Positions 11,672 through 26,630 of a stretch of DNA of 64,000 bases are shown here, in pieces. The notes beneath the pieces are model-generated. The model was not told the DNA's origin. It ran no database searches and saw nothing but the letters and a program-made list of their open reading frames with translations. The position numbers were made by a program, and so were the translations under genes. Position 1 is the stretch's first letter. The number at the start of each line of letters is the position of its first letter. The stretch spans positions 1-64,000 of the forward strand of contig JALMLS010000488.1 of the NCBI GenBank assembly GCA_038496445.1, read 5' to 3'. Source of the stretch: Trichosphaerium sp. ATCC 40318 (taxonomy: Eukaryota; Protista; Tubulinea).

Positions 11672-14600
11672 TTAAACTCTGTAATTGACAAGCCATTCTT
11701 GTGCTTTGGTTGCTACGTACAATTTTGTAAGCCAAATGGGAAATGGACGTTGTGATTGTTGTTCTGCGTACCTTGGCGAGGGTACCCGGAACCCGTACGC
11801 CCACACCATGTTTGTCCTTTGTGCGCATCTTTTTTTGCGGCCGTAACTATGTAAAAGAAAAATCATTGTCAGTAACCAACAGTAAACACAACATAACGGC
11901 ACGTACAGGTACTGCTGCCATAGGTGCGTTTATCTTTAGAAGGGAAAAAAAAACCGTCAGTATTGCTTGTACGTGTGAGTGGTAGGTACCTGCACTTGGT
12001 CTCCTTGTACCGCTTGCATGAGATCCAACTAATCCCAATTGTTAATGCGGTAATCGTGCAGGTATGGCGTACTCTGGAGTGGGTGGAACCTCTGCGTGCC
12101 ATTGGCATTTTAGTTTCAGCCTTGTGTTTTATGACTGTTACACTCTGTAATCATTAATGTCAGTATACACTACGCGTGGTTCAAGATATTTTATATTGAT
12201 GCAAAGCGGACCTTGGATGGATATGGCGATGTAAGTTGCTGTATTCTCCTCACTTGTGCTGTGTGTTGATCACTAAACAATAGCTCTTTTGCTGTCCTGA
12301 GTATATTGGACTCATACGCGTAAACGTCAAGCATGGACTTGAATATTGCTTTGAAATCACCAAACTTACCATCCCCTACGACAATTCGTTCATTAGCTAG
12401 ATCCTATCATCTCTTTATTGCCGTGACGCGTACCGTGACGCTCTGTAATCTTTTTGAGGACTTGTGGCAGGGGAACATAACCAATCATGTTTTGAAGTAC
12501 GTCCTCCATCAAACACTTTAGGCTTGCTTTAACGACGTTGTCAGCCTCTGTCGCTCCTAGCGAATTGAGTGGGAGAAGTATCGTGTCCAACAGCGTAAAC
12601 CACAGTTTCTACAGATGTAATCAGCGGGTGCACGTATATGTCACCGTATAACCAAAGTTTTGTCTAGTACCTCATTGTCTTCTTGACTGACTGCTTTACT
12701 GTTTATCTGACACAACCGTGCGGCACTAGCAAGAAGTAGGCGCACTGCTTTGAGCTTTTTGTTCTTCTGATCTCCTTGTTTTATAATCGCCTTTATTAAC
12801 TTTTGTACGTCCTCCACATATAGGTCAAGTGCGCCTTGTACGTCTCCCAATCGCTCGCGTAGAAATACTTGAGCATCTCGGATGTGGTATCGCCGTACAA
12901 GAGCGAGAGCCCTCTCCAAGTTGTAGTCGTCCGTTTGTCTCAGCCAATACGCCACGCGATCTGGGGCATACACAGCCATACGCTCGAGGAGCATTTGGCT
13001 AACATCTGGATCGGGTTTCCATTCAACAGGGGAACACTTGTCCAGATATACGGAATCCCTGACGAATGGTTAACGACTCGATTGTGGGAGATGACGTCGG
13101 GGCGAGTACCATGTGCTTGGATCCAGCAAAGCCTTGAGGTATTCGTACTGACGTTCACCTTGGCCTTCTAAGGATGATATGGCGTCTTTGTGTCTAGCAT
13201 CGAGGACTTGATCTACTGTGTACCTATAAATAATTATCAGGCAAAAGAGGGATCTCACGTGTTTTTTTAGCGCATTAGTTGTTTTCACACGCACGCAGCA
13301 AGTTCAGGACTGAGGGCCACAAGATTACGCATCCACTCAGGCGTAAGCAATTTGCGCTTGAACACTTCGACAGCATCGCGGTCCATGCTGAGTATGACAT
13401 GGTGTATGTGGTCAAATTCAGCGAGTTTACTTTCCGCTGTGAGCTGTAAACAAAAAACTTAGCAATGCAGTTCAACTTGAATATTTTTGGTTGTCCTGTA
13501 CCGCAGATTTAGTGACACTTTGTAGTCTAAACCTAAGTGCCGAAAGAGTATCTGATTTGTTCTCTGCGACTGCTTCACAAACACGGAAGCTTGGGCAATG
13601 TCAAAATGTATTTCGAGTTCGTAAAACAAGGCACGTACAATTCCATTTTTTCAGCTCTGTGTGATATGTCGTGCAAATCGAAATTGGTTTTACCCAACTT
13701 CTTGATGAGTTGCAACAATAAATCCTCACGCCTGCCTGTACTTGTGACATCCTTAGAATCTATTGAAAGGAAATCAGAAGGCGGAAGTACAATATTGCTA
13801 GATGTACCGAGCAAGTATGTAACTATTTTATTGAGCATGTCTTCGCTTGGATTTACTGCTCCACGAACATAAACACGGGCAATGAATTCGAGTAGCGCAG
13901 CTCTAGAATTTTCCTGTAGCGATAGCGTTAAAGAGGGTACGTGGAAATGCTTAAAATGTGATAATTGAGTGTTATTAGTACGTTGTAAGTGGAGCCAGCG
14001 GATTTGGAGTCTATGAGCTTGCAAAGGATCTTGATAAACTTAAACAAACCGTCCTTCCATGTTTTGAATAATTTTTCCCACACTAAATGAATGAGACATG
14101 TCAAAACATCACTTCAATTCATTAGATCATTCATTGGTGCGAACCTGCAAGAGTGTGTGCAGTATCTAGCTTTAAAAGCACTTGTAGTCTGGCATACTCG
14201 TCTCTACAGCCTAACAAATGGTAAACGCTCAGAAACTCAATTTCAAGCCTGTAACCCTGTGACAGGTTGTTTGGCGTACCCCGAACCTTCCGTTTTGTAA
14301 TGTACATGTGCACACTACATAGTGCCAAGCGATGAGTAAACGGATAACGTGAAACATGTTGTTGAATACTACACTGTACCTTTTAATGACCTCAACAAAC
14401 TGTCCAGGTAGAATCTTCTCTTCCTTTGGGAATTTGTAGCCGTTGTAGATGTGGTCAATGTACAGCAACACCTTGTAGCCGATAGCCTTTTTAGCCTATA
14501 GATTCGTTATGCGTTGCGGACACGAACAACAAAGAAAACCCCTCCGCTTACTTGTTCGTGTGTAGGTGTCTTGTTAAAGATTCTCTCATGCAACAAAATA

Positions 14601-17286
14601 TCCATAAAATCGTTTAGTGGGCTGACGTAATCGTTTAAACCTTCTATGAACAGATACATCAGTGCCGATGTCATTGCATATTTTCTACACAACACAAGCG
14701 ACTGTCACTATCGGTTAGTATGCCAAAGATCAATTGGACAGCTGGTTATTCCAAAAAAAAAAACCAAACAATACCTGTTGAAAGTCCAAAGCAGAAATGT
14801 CCAAGTGCAAGAAGATTTGTTCAATGCGATTATTCAATCCCTTGTTAACAAAAAATTGAACAAGATGCAATAATGCCTCAGGTGGAATCAGTTTGATCTT
14901 ATCACCAATGATGTACGGCTCTAGGGTTTCCAATAGAATGTTTGAACAACCAGCTTGTTTGAAAAGCGGTGCAATGTGATCCCACAACATATCGGCTCTA
15001 TTCACGCTCACGCAATACTGAATTGCCATATTGCTTGTAGTTTCTAGTACATCAGGGTCCTTGCTTTCAAGTTGCACTTTGATATACTGGCCAAGTAATG
15101 ATTTGACTATATTCTGTATAAGTTTTTTGGCTTGGCCTGGATCCCTTGGTAGTCCTGCAATAGCCTTTCCTTTACCATGGTACAGGTCCACTGCCAAAGC
15201 AAGAGCCTCTGCCCACTTTCCTGACTTAACTAGCGCTTCTATGCGTGGTGACCAGCCCAGGAGGGATGACTTCCAAATAGCATCCAAAGATAGCAGGAAT
15301 ACGCTACCTGGATTAACTCTATTAGTATTTTTTTTCGTAAATTAGTGTCGGACCTGAATATGATGAAATGGCGTTGTGGTAGGTCTGAAGCGGATAACCG
15401 GTGGATATTTCAAACTTGCTGTAGTACACCAGTTCCATGATGCCCTTTGTTTGTTGTAGTTCAATCTCTTGCGTGGTGAACGGGTCTAGTATTCGGATCT
15501 CGTTGGTAGCCATATGCAAAAAGAGAGCCTGTGGACCCAGCCAACGGACTCCAGAAATATCCTGAGCAGTTAAGCACTTGGTTATTTGCATAAACTCCAA
15601 TTTCTGCGGGAACGTCCGACCAGACGGTATACACACTTGTATTAACCTAACGTGCTTGCCCCAAGTTACCGCCAATATTGGACTGAGAGCCTGTGCTCCT
15701 TCTGAACGATTATTAATTCGAGCGTGGCAAAGATTTTGTTTAAATAATCATGGAAATTGCTAACACGTACCCTCTTGCTTGTGTCGCATTAGCGGTCGAC
15801 GCCAGGCTAGGTACGGTATGGCAGTTGCGGGCGTATCTCTAGACGATCGAGTGTGAGCGCAAGTAGCAGAATTATAAAGTAAAATTGCAGTACGTTGGGC
15901 GTAAGGCCTGAAAGACAACCGGTGTTTTGTCTGTTGTGGCAGTCAGTACAATTAGTTTATCTTCCATTGCGATTGCAAACAGTTTATGTGAGTCTGTATT
16001 GTGGTGATCAGGTCCAGGGTGCAGCACAGCTATTGAGTACACTTTCTTGATTGAACCATTGAGGATCACTCGTCGCTGCACTCGCCACATCAAATACAAG
16101 TTGGTGAATGTATAAATATCTATAATGCCCTATGCCAAGCACAAAAGATGAGTGACAAACACAACCCAAGGAGTATTGTTCTTACCTCCAAATCCGATGC
16201 AATGACGTAATTCTTTAGGTGCAGAAACTTGGCGTGCATAACAGAGCTGGTGTGATAACCTCTCAACACTTTGACAGGAGCTCCAGTGGCGATATCCCAT
16301 ACTACAATGTTGCCATTGGCATGTCCAGCAACTATCCATTCACTGGTGGCATCGATATCTATAGCTGTAACAGATCCAAATTGATCACCTACGGAGGATC
16401 ATTAATTGACTTGTTTGATTCTGCAACATGCAAAAAGGAGTGCATATGTTGCGTGCCAATAATGTCGGTCCCTAGAATTTTATGCAATTGTTGTGCATGG
16501 GTAAATACAGCAACGAGACCATTAGATGTGCCTACAGCTATATATTGCCCTACCTAACCACTTGTTAGCCACCAAAGCACATATTTGATATCTTGACTAC
16601 GCACGGCAATGGCGGTGGGTGTGCCTGCGTCCTGAGAGAAATCTTCTGATGTGAGCACTACAGACATTTCAGATAACTTTTTAGTTTCTAGGACAGAGTT
16701 CTTCTCATTATTTTCTTGTTGTGCTGACACCAAGTTCAATAACATCATCTCCACCTTTTTGCTTCCTATCATACTCTCTGATTCAATTCGGGCCTTTATT
16801 TCGTGATCTTGCAACGTCTGTTCAACAAAACTCGTCAGTAATGTTAACTGACAATAAAAAAGCAAAACAACATAGGAGCGTGATGTCTGGTGATCGCATT
16901 ACCTTGTCCCACGAGTAACGCTTCATTATCGACTCAAAATCCTTTTGTGTCGCTTCTGGAATGTCCACTGGCGCTACCATGAGAGACGTTAGCCTCAGGG
17001 CTGGACCTTCTGGCGATTGCCCTTGTTTTGAGCCGCTCCCTTTTAAATCGCCTGGTGCGCTACTACCAGATACAATTGGTGCGTTATCATCATCTGAGCG
17101 CGTGTAGTTGTCGCTTTCCGTTAGTACTTGATTTAGGGATACGTCATTTGTAGTTTCGGCGTCTACAGGCGGGTCTAACGCGGTGTTACTGTCTGCAAAC
17201 GTGTGGAATTATAAAAAACTCGTGCCCTCCTCTAAAAGCACGCTACTCAGGCTCAAAGATCCACCAGGTGGGTCTTTTTCAGCCAT
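11672..17286 (-). CDS. VPS8: Vacuolar protein sorting 8 (CORVET subunit)
   Basis: N-terminal WD40 (GTPTAIAV..IAVGTSNG), Vps8 domain (WAEALALAVDLYHGKGKAIAGLP, LETLEPYI, IEQIFLHLDISALDFQQ, GLNDYVSPL, GYKVLLYI), CHCR repeat (YNLERALALVRRYHIRDAQVFLRERLGDVQGAL), FGDFKAIFKSMLDVYAYE. Confidence 0.92.
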
Positions 17287-17419
17287 CCGTTTCGGAAACG
17301 GCTTCTTTTTTTTGTAATTTTTTTGGTACAAATCAACAAAAAACAAAATTTGGTCAAACCTCGTTTGCTGACTTTTAACAATTTTTTCAACACTTTTTTC
17401 TCATTCTAACAAACTCTAC

Positions 17420-18701
17420 ATGGCCAAAGCGTCCGTACCCGAGGATATTCAAAATTGTTTGGAGCAATTAATTCAAAAAGGTACCTACATAGGTGTAACG
17501 CAACTAACGATGCGTAGTTGATGTGTTGGAAGCATTGCTAGAGCATCCACCAAACGAATTTGAGCAAAACACTGGTCCGCCTTTGTCTGACGCAGCTAAA
17601 GCCGTTCATGGCATGGCTACAAAATGTACTACTATTTACTAGTTTTTCTGCATTGCTACAAGCCTAACTCGGCATTAGTCTCCCTTGCTTTCCAAGATGC
17701 AGCCACTTTGGACGCATGCGGTGGGTTTGCAGAGTTGTTAGAGAAGGGTGGGCGTTTGACATATCGTGTCACTGTTGTATGTTTCTAACTATACAAACGT
17801 AGCCATGCTCGCTTTGGTTGTAAGCGCATATGTTGCAAAACGCAAGGCTAAAGCTATTCCCCAATTACGAGTGCAGTTGGATGGCCATGTCATGACTTTA
17901 TTCAAAAACGTAAAATTGTTGTGCACAGCGCTAATAAATCATGACTACGCCAACAATAAAATACCAAAACTAACAGGTAAGTTGTACATCAATTACATAC
18001 GGTACTTTGCTAACCGTTACAAGGGCTGGTTTGGGCACAGTGCGACAAAGTAGCGGCTCTCAAGATGTCAAACAAAAGGGTAGTCTCTGATGTACTCAAA
18101 GCACAACTCCGTACGCTACTTGCACACTCTCGTTTTTATAGTTGACATGTTGCAACAGCAATGATTAAAGACGCTTCACGAGAGTTAAAACAGTGCCAAG
18201 AAGAAACAAAAGAAGTCACAGGTGCGGTTGCAGTGCGTGGTGAATGGTAGCACTAACATTGCGTGTTTTTGTAGATAGTAACAGTCGGTACAAGATGATA
18301 CCAGCGATAGAAGGCCTTGTTAAAATTATGTATTCTTGTCTTGTTTCAATCAGAGGGAAAGTTTTACCAGAAGTCAAAGACGATACAACAGACGAGATTA
18401 AGGAATGGTTGGGACGTATAATGGAGCTAGCAAAAACTTTCGGCGAAAGAATGTACGCGTATAGATACCTGCCCAACCTTTGCGTCAAAATCAGCTAATG
18501 ACGCTTATTAGCGATGACTTGTGTTGCTATGTATATGACGATGATATAGAACTTAAAGAGGTGCTACTTGCAGCACAGGAAATCACGAACGCGATGTGTA
18601 CTTTGATAAAGAATTGTCCAGTCGAACTACCTTCTGCAAAAAAGTATGTAGCTGTGTTACCTGGGCTCTTAGAACTTGCAGTCTCCAAGTTCAGCTCCTA
18701 A
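17420..18701 (+). CDS. CCNDBP1: Cyclin-D1-binding protein 1 / GCIP-domain protein
   Basis: Spliced LTGLVWAQCDKVAALKMSNK...MIKDASREL and C-terminal DDLCCYVY fit the GCIP pattern (TGxVWxxC...KDAxxE...DDLxxxLY). Confidence 0.72.
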
Positions 18702-18918
18702 GGCAATGGATCTTTGGGCGAAGTGTTCCATGGCTTAAAACTCGATTTGTACAAAAGACGTCACGTGAATTGTGGTTTGATTCGGCGTGTAAAACCCCGA
18801 CACGTGATTTTAAGCGTGAAAATAAAATAAAACAAAACTCGTGAAATTTCTAAAATCAAGCATTTTGGCATATTTTGGTTAAAAGACACGTCATTGTACA
18901 TGAAACGTATTTCGAGAC

Positions 18919-21900
18919 ATGGGTCAACTCTACGCCGTGGCAGAACCTAACGTTAACGATGACTACATTCGCAAACAATTACAGAGTTACAACGCAAAAG
19001 AGCTTCAACGCGCTCTGAATGTCCATATTATAGCCAGTGACAACGTTAATACCGGTTTATTGTATGATAATCCCCAATACTTACATAAATGTGCTTGTGG
19101 CAACGACAAAGCTGCTACGTTTGAAGTATTAATAGGTCTAAGGTTGTACACAATTGTGACGTCTATTCACCAAAAAGAGTTTCATGCTAACTCCTTTTTT
19201 TCGCTGACAGACAACAATTGGCACTCAACAACGATTATCGCAACAGCTCAGGTAGTACTTTGCTTCACTCAGCGGTACATGGAGGCACAACCAGCGGCCA
19301 GCAAATCCAAACACTGTTGCGAGGTGGAGCCTTCCTATCGGCCAAAGACAGGGCGCACTCAACCCCTCTGCACTACGCTGCCAGATACAACAATCAGGAA
19401 GTATTCTACACGTTGGCGGTGAGTGGCGCCAATCTGCATGCTAGAGACAAGTCACATCAATCCCCGATTCGCCTACTGCCAGCTGCACGTCAGTCGCACA
19501 AAGTGTCGCAGCTTTTAAGCGCTTACAAGGCGCATTTCGGAACACTGATGCAGTGCATCACGGCGTCTAAGAGGCCCAAGTTTGCCAGGAAGCTAACGTA
19601 AGCAATGTTACTCTTTTTGAATTAGCTGTTTGTTAACATCCCGCTTCCCAGAGATATCTGTGCAGCGCACCCGGAATTACTAAACATGTCATCTAAACGA
19701 GGCCAAACTCCACTGTTTGTAGGTTGGTGTTCCCTGCACTTAACACTGTCACTAACGCCATGTAGCCGCTAAATTTGCAGCGCCTAGTATATGTTCCCTA
19801 TTGCTGGATGCAGGCGCTGATCCCAGACTCAATAATGTGACAGGTGGATCTGCCCTTCTTGCGGCTATTCATAGAGGAAGTGCTCCAATAGTATCCATCT
19901 TACTAACGCGAGGTGCGACCAGCTTCTAGTTTGTATGTTGTCTCTGCTCTTACGATTGCTATAGGTGCAACTATCAATGTCCGTGATAAAAAGCGTGCTC
20001 TGCCCATTGATGTAGCTGCAAAACTTGAAAAATTTGATATCGTTGCGATGTTGCTGGAGAGGCATATCGAATCTTTCTCCAAGTTGGGATCTCTAGATCC
20101 TTTGCGAACTAAGTTGATATGGCTGTTACAACGTGTCCGTATTTCACTACTTAACATGTCTGACAGCGGTTATTAGGCGTGCAGATGTGGAAGTCAAGAA
20201 GTTGTTCTTGAAGTGCTTCACAGCGATGTTATTCCTATTGACAGCGTTGGCTATGGCGTCTTATCTCCTTTAATGATAGGTAAGCCCGAATCTGTAGCCC
20301 ACCAGTCTCGCGTTTTAAACTAACACAACGACATTGTAGCTGCTGCCAATAAACAATATAGCATCCTCAAATTGCTTATTGAGTTGGGCGCAAACGTCAA
20401 TTTCTTGAGCTCAAGGCACCAATACACAGCGCTGCACACTGTATCAGATTTGGAAGATTCCAGGAAAAAACTCTTGATGTTCAAGTTGCTCTTGAGTGCT
20501 GGAGCAAATCCATCTCATACTACACTGGGAGGTGTGCAACAATAGTTAACAATGTATGACTCTTAATTTTTTTACGTTCAGGGACAACAATACTGCACTT
20601 GTTAGTGCGCCGAGCCTCCATCCAATGTCTGCGCTATCTATTCGCTTTTTTAAAGCGCAACAATATAGCGTATACATCCGTGCTTGCAAAGAGGGATCAT
20701 AACGAAGGATCTGCGCTTGCAATCGCCATCAAATTAAAAGACAAAAAGATTACATTATTACTCCTTAAACATGGCGCAATGTGCTCATCTAAGGACTTAC
20801 GGTCAGGTACGTGCACCTTGATAATTGATGTACAGTCACAATCTAACCACATTTTGGTTTAGTCGTACTAGCAATAAAATATGGATGGGCAAACGTCGTT
20901 GAAGCCTTGTGCAACACTGGGCCAACAAAAATATCAGCCCCTGCAGGTACACGTGTATCATATTCAGCTGTGGAAAGAGGCTAACAATCCCAAGTGGACG
21001 CAAACAGAAACACAATAGTGCACATAGCAATTATGTATGGCATGCCTTTGAATGTGATTGAGGCCCTTGTTTGTCGCTCTTATAGCTATCACCTTGAGAT
21101 CAGGAACAAAAAAGGATATACGCCGCTACATTGTGCTGTCGTTTATGATAGGTACAACAAACTCAGATATTAATTTCACCTTTTTAACTTTTTTGTTTGA
21201 AGAGCGGACGTGGTTGAGCTGTTGCTCGGAAAAATCAAAAGCGCACGTCCCTTTGACAACAATAAAAGAGGTGTCAGGTAACGTATTCCCATTTATTGTT
21301 AACTAAATACCAAACTCAAATGTACTACCAAGGCCGATGCATACAGCGCTCCTTCGCAACAACAAGCAAATTGTGGACTTGCTGACTTTGCACACGGTCC
21401 GTTTTAACGTGTACCTACACCTCCCCAGCTGGAGGTATACGGACGCCCAAAAACAGAAGCGTCACTTTGATGCAGTTGCAGCGTGGATCAGGGTATGCAG
21501 CAGCGAGGTAATAGAGGAGATGAGATTACGGCCGACCTCTCGCCTTGACAAGATTTATGAAAGTGAGAAAATCGTAAAGACACCAGTCTTTCGCCATGAC
21601 TCACGCCTTCTTAGGATATGCAACTGCATTTGTCATGCGTAACTTTACAGACAATACTGGCATTGATATCAAAGACAGCAAAAGCTACTATCCCAAAATC
21701 ATGTATGGACTCATTAACGCTGGCGCCAATTTCGAGTGTATTGCGGAGCATTTACCAACTTATGCCAATGAAACGCTGGTCTTTTACCGATCAGCCTCTT
21801 TGAAGTACTGTTCTTATTACAAACAATCTTACTTGCACGCTGCTGCTAAGAACGGTAATGTAGCAGCTGTTACAGCGCTTCTACCACACATTAAAGATGT

Positions 21901-23320
21901 ACGATCAAAATCTCCGCCCAATATTGGGTACTTACTGCCCTCTAGGTCGATGTTTTGGATTCACGAGATTGGACACCTCTGCACTATGCCGTTGACAGGC
22001 GGCGAGATGAGGTTGTGAAATTACTTGTGAATGCTGGTGCTGACGTTAACTTCAAATCGCTCAAGAATTCACCATTCGCATTGGGTACGCCAAAACAACT
22101 CCTTGCCCCATTTTTTTGGAGGCGATGCGTATTATCTAATGAGGTTAGGATGCTACAAGCACGGGTATTGCTCAACAGTTGCATTGATGGCTGAAAAAGG
22201 AGACCCAACGTGCTTCAAGCAGCGACCACTGCTGCAAGTCGCTTTGGAGAATAAGGACTGGAAGTTGTACAGCCTTCTCTGTAACATGGGTGCCCAACAT
22301 CCAATCAAGTACTCGCTTCACATCAAACACATTTTTACTTACTTTGTTTTATAGCAATTCATGGCATGCACTTCACTATTGTGCCTTTACAGGCGACGTT
22401 AAAGGAGCACAACAAATCGTGTCCAGCATTCCTTCATCTGTTGATACTGTGGACTGCAACGGGTGGACACCACTTCACGTGGCCGTTAAACAAGGTCACA
22501 TGGAGGTCGTGTCTTACCTTTTAGCACAAGGAGGCCAGATACAAACGCCCAATCGGTACGTCTACCATCTTTACAGCAAGTGTAGCTTATACATCCCAAC
22601 TAGCCACCAATGGACGCCATTACACACTGCTGTACGGAGAAAGAAAGGCAAAGATATGTTGCATTTGTTGTGCACACATGCTCCTCCAGTCGCACTCAAT
22701 TCTAGGAATAATCTGAGTATGACGCCGCTTGATGTCGCTTTTGTAAACGGTGTGCGTTGGGCGCGAAGTGTACTAGAATCACACAATGCAGAGCGCTATA
22801 GGTTTGATAGTTCTACTATAATGGCGTCAAGAAATTCGAAAGGACAAAACGAACTGCACATTGCTGCAGCGAAAGGTAATATCCGCGTTGTAAAGTTCCT
22901 CATGTCCCTTGGTGTATCTCCGTCCACCAAAGATCATAAAGGTCGCACTGCATTACACTACGCCGCTGAAAAAGGATCCAGACAGGTTCTCAAACAACTT
23001 CTAAAGAACGCGCCAAGCAATACACTACGTACACTCATCACCGTACGTTTCTTTATTAAGGTAAGAAGGGCGCACACTTAACTTTAAGATAGGATTGTGA
23101 CAATAACTACTATTCTGTGTTGGATCTTGCAAAAGAGGATGTAACGCAAATGCTTCAAAATTACTTGTATGCAGCATATAAGACAACACCGCCAATCAAA
23201 GAACGCACAAGATCAACCAAGGCCAAGCGCTCATACAGGCATCTTAGGGATGTTAAGAACGAGCGTGCGGTTTGCGAGGTATTGATGCAGGGCGACAGAA
23301 ACGTGGACGAGTCGTACTAA
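18919..23320 (+). CDS. Large ankyrin-repeat protein
   Basis: Many ankyrin cores across in-frame exons: STLLHSAV, STPLHYAA, GYTPLHCAV, WTPLHYAV, GWTPLHVAVKQGH, GRTALHYAAEKG. Confidence 0.88.
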
Positions 23321-23367
23321 AGATTTATCGTTTGCAACCAAAAAAAAAAGATTTCGAGGATTTTCTT

Positions 23368-26300
23368 CTAAGGTACAGGTTTATTATCGGGTGTGGCGAA
23401 TAAGCTCTTCTCCCAGTCGTGTGTCAGCTGCAAGTTAAAGTGTTTCATCAGACTGCCTTCGTCCAGGGCATTGACAAGGTCTGACACGGCGATAGAGCCT
23501 CGAGTTGTTACGCCGGCTTTTTGATACAGTGACTCGATAAATGACAAAAAGTGATTGTCTGGCAGTTCAAAGTGTATCCCTCGCGACCGTCGAACTTTGA
23601 AAATGGCCGTTAAAGCCTCTAGGCTGGCAACCAATCGTTTCTTGTCCAAATAACCGTCGTCGTCATGGTCGTGCACGGTGAAGCAGAGCTGTGCAATGTC
23701 CAATATTGAACCCTTGTACAGAAGAGCCAGCCCTGAAATAAATTCGTTGACGTCCAGACTGTTTGTTTTTGTGAGGTCGAATGTACTGAACAGTTTTGCA
23801 GCGAGCTGCGAATCCTTAGCATCCGAGACATAGTGTCCCCAAAACGGAAATAATCCCGCGAAATTGTCCACAAAACAATCATACTTCATCAAATTGTCGT
23901 TAGTCACAGATGAATGGAACTTGTTGTACAAGAATTGAAGCTGTTCCTGGCTAACTAAACAAAAAAATGTGAGTTGATTCCAATCAAAACAAAAAACAGA
24001 ACAAGAAGGGACTCACACTGTGATGATTTAGCGAGCTGTCTCAATTTCTTTACTTTAGATTCGTTATGCAAATCTGTTATTATCTGATACTTGCTGGCAT
24101 ACCGCATCTCTTGTATTTTGTCTTCGGGCATATCTCGGAACGTTTTAAAGGCGACAGAGAGCAAATTTTCAACGTCATATTCAGCCTCTCTTATCAATGT
24201 CATGACGCCTTCCTGTGTCGGTTGCGCCAATATTTGTTGCTTGTGGATGTCAAGGATAGCAAGGGCGAATTGAAACATGACATTTGGACCATCAGTGAAC
24301 AGGCAATCAAGCACCCGAAGGCACGCCTCCAGTGGAATAATGCCAATAAACAACGACAGGAACCACGGCATCGAAAGTACAACCAACGGCAAGTTAACTT
24401 GTTCAAGGTGTTTGTGCACCTCAGGGAGGTACTCGGCCACTAACCATTCGAAAATTTTTTGATCAACCATTGACCTAAAAGGGTGGTGAGCCATTGTGGC
24501 AACTATTAAAAAATACGGAGGTTGGCCCAACAAAACAAGGTGGGAGGTACTTACCCAAGCAATTGAGGTCTGTAATATTCTGGTAGAATGTCCTCAACTA
24601 CAGTCGTCAACACCCAGAAGGCGTCCTCTTGAGGCATAAACAAGAGTAGTATGGCTGCCAGGAAGTTCATGGCTTGACAATAACCAATAACGGGTGCATG
24701 CCACGAGTACGCTACTAATACATTCCTCAAGGCATCTATACCTTCATCTGTGTGATAAAAAGCGTGCTCAGGGAGACTACGTCTTAAGTCCTTCTCAATA
24801 ATGCCCGTGCTGGCATTAGATTCGCCCTTGTGTGTCTCTAAAATATTCCAATAACTCTTGTTTTCAGCCAAAGCATTAAGTGCCGCGCCGCTATTAATCT
24901 TCCAGAGGTATCCCCGAAGTTGAGGTGGTATGCCATCGAGAACGAGATGCTTGAAATTGCTATTTCGCGTCATCTGGGCACCAGTCCCATTGTTGATAAA
25001 GTAAAACGCCCATTGTTCGCTCTGGCAGCTCATCTTCTTGGCATACGATGGAGAGAACTGCTTTGGATCTTTCATAATTTCGGGAGCAATGCGGTCAATC
25101 CTAAATACCATTGTAAATAAATAAACAACCGCCTGAATAAATGTCGAAAAAACTACAAAAAAAAAAAAATTTAAAGCGCTTACTTTGGTCTTGGTTGCAG
25201 CTCATCTATCAAGTGGCTATTTACAGACATGGGTGCCACCTTTTTACATTCTGAGAGCAAGCTGTATGCAACACCTCTCTTTACAGTGACAGTAAACAAG
25301 AACTAATAAGTATACAGTTAGCACAAGTATTGGGTGGGATGAAATAAAAAATGGGATTGTAATGTATCATACCGATTTAGTGTCGGTGTTTATCTGCAGC
25401 GCATTGCCAAATAAGTTTAGCCGCGTGCGTGCTTTTTTGATGGAAATAATGCTTTGCCAAGGTATGACGCAAGTAATCTTTTAAAACAGGTCAGAATGGC
25501 GCCACCAAAAAAAACCTATTTAACAAAAAAACGTACTTTATGATCTGGACAGTAAAACGCCATAAACTGACGTGATGTGTAAATGCTACCGTTCCTGAAG
25601 GCATCTTTGTACCACAAGCTTGCTGAAATCTCTACACGTGACACGTTTTAGCATGTGGATTAAAGTTGAAATTTGTACCATGTTTCATCACTTGATTTCT
25701 CGGCAGCTTAAATCGTCTTCGAAATCGCTCGTTCTTTATATCAAGCTGTAAAATGGTTTGCGCGGTCATTTGTGTGACTTGGTAGCCAACAGGGTCATCT
25801 CTACTCACGCGAGGTGAAGTGTCGAGATCATCATCTGGAGATGTCTCTACCTCGTACATTGCAGGCGTTGAATCGCGGCGTTCTAACTCAGCTGTTCGCA
25901 ACAATCGAAACATTGAAACGCGCCAAAGTCGTGATAACACCATCATTGTATCATCTCGCTTGAAAAACGCGGAAAAAATGAACTTTGAGAAGGGTGTCAG
26001 CGTTTTACGAATTGAAGGAAGTGTCAATTTCATTTTCGTGCCTTTGCTGATGACGTCGCCAATGAAATACCTCCCGCTGGCCATGTTTGTGATTTTTTAA
26101 TCTCCTTTACATCAGAAAATTGTATCGTAACCTTTTGCACTGATTAAGTTAAAAAAAACGACCATAGCTCACTGTACCTTATCTGCAAGCATATTGGACG
26201 AGAAACATACCCTCTATTTACAATTTAGCGTGTTTGTTCGTTGAGGTTGAAAAGTACATCACGCACCGACTCAGTCACGTAGAGCCACCCAGCGCGCCAA

Positions 26301-26472
26301 AACCCTTTCCAGAAGCAACAACTGTAATCTAAAGTGGTTGAGATGTAAACAAACTTTTACATTCCATTGTCTTCGTACCAGCCGCAATTTCTTCGGCATC
26401 TGTTAACCCAAGCGCTTTCCTAGTTCTTGCGCTTATTCTTAGTTTCGTTGGCGCAAATGTATTTAAGGACAT
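23368..26472 (-). CDS. TBC1D8/TBC1D9 (Gyp2/Mdr1)-like RabGAP: two GRAM domains, TBC, EF-hand
   Basis: GRAM motifs (DYSC..GWLYVT; FRRRFKLP..DFSASL), TBC (GIPPQLRGYLW, IEKDLRRSLP R-finger, IGYCQAMNF Q-finger) and EF-hands (FDLTKTNSLDVNEF, DHDDDGYLDKK). Confidence 0.9.
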
Positions 26473-26630
26473 TACAAACTAACCGCAACAGGCTGTTGTG
26501 TTCATAGGCAACGCTTATTTAATAGTTTAGTGAATAGGAAATAAAATTATCAGCGTTTTGTGGAGTAAACCAAAAACCGTTAAAAGTCAAGCTTTTTATT
26601 TAGTTTCACTTTTCAACGTTTTGTAAACAT

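Noticed and set aside
17134-17142. GTATCCCT in VPS8 as another U12 donor
   Set aside because: It lies inside a continuous open exon and has no downstream CCTTAAC branch.
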